DNA of 64,000 bases from Hormiphora californensis (Eukaryota > Animalia > Ctenophora). This document shows, one piece after another, positions 63,341-64,000 of the stretch; within the stretch, counting starts at the first letter, position 1, and every line of letters starts with the position of its first letter. The notes under the pieces were generated by a model that was not told where the DNA came from, did not search any database, and worked only from the letters and a program-made list of their open reading frames with translations. The stretch lies in assembly GCA_020137815.1 (NCBI GenBank), contig CM035355.1, positions 3,658,001 through 3,722,000 of the forward strand. Direction: 5' to 3'. Made by a program: the position numbers and the translations under genes.

Positions 63341-64000
63341 CCGGGTTAAAGAGAGACATAGAGGGGAGAGAGACATAGGGGGGGGAGAGACATAGGGGGA
63401 AAGGGAGAAAAGGGGGAGAGAGATCCCAGTTTCTACTAGCAGAAAAATCCCCATTCTGGGACTTGTATCTTTCACAGGGGGGGGGGGGAGCGACAATAAT
63501 TTTTACCAAGGTATATATCCAAAAATAGAATCCCCAAATTTTTCGAAAAAATTTAAAAGATTATAAAGTTAAGAGGGGCATTTTAAAACTTGCATTTTTT
63601 TAAAAAATTTTCGAATTGAAAAAAAAAGTTGGTTCCAAAAAAAATTTTTTCCGATCAAAAAGGGATCTTTTTAGGGGGAAATTTTGTTTGAGCTCTTTCG
63701 GGGCCTGAATCGAAACTCAACATTTCTTTTAAAATCCCCATTTTTAAAAAGATTTAGCCCCCCCAAACTAAAGGGAAAGAAATCAAAAAAAACCCTTTTT
63801 CGTTTTCAGGAAAATCCCCCCCCCAACTTTTTGGGATTTACCCCCTCACTGACAAAAGGAGTGATCTGTACTGTTTGGCAGGGGTTTCGAAGATAGGTAA
63901 AACTGTTTGTGACCAAGGCAAACCAGCGACTGCATACAAAAAATGCCCCCCCGGCCCACATGATAACTTTGTGCTAAAAAGGGCTTTTTTTTAGACATTC

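Overview
This is a 64-kb eukaryotic (animal) window with short introns, (AG)n microsatellites and many MITEs. A ctenophore (Pleurobrachia/Hormiphora-like) source is my inference from recalled repeat families and splice-acceptor placement; it is not proven. Host genes reconstructed by hand from splice sites and reading phase: a 2-exon class A GPCR; an unrecognised 7-exon, 260-aa gene with a mitochondrial-presequence-like N-terminus; two tandem single-exon Ig-like type I membrane proteins; DNAL4; a 16-exon STAT gene (STAT-A, first exon not found); and a second, highly divergent STAT-like gene (STAT-B) upstream in the same orientation, seen only as scattered fragments in the ORF track. A three-layer transposon nest occupies 14-23 kb: a CRE-like RT-RLE retrotransposon is interrupted by a 1.49-kb foldback element with CACGG ends and by an intact CR1-type LINE. 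Removing both insertions restores a 968-aa ORF. The nest is flanked by telomere-like repeats and by two small repeat-spacer micro-arrays that share an inverted 45-bp module. About 9 kb of 38-bp satellite carries a repeated exon-like module. Regions ~41.2-55.4 kb and ~60.9-64 kb look error-rich, so calls there are tentative.
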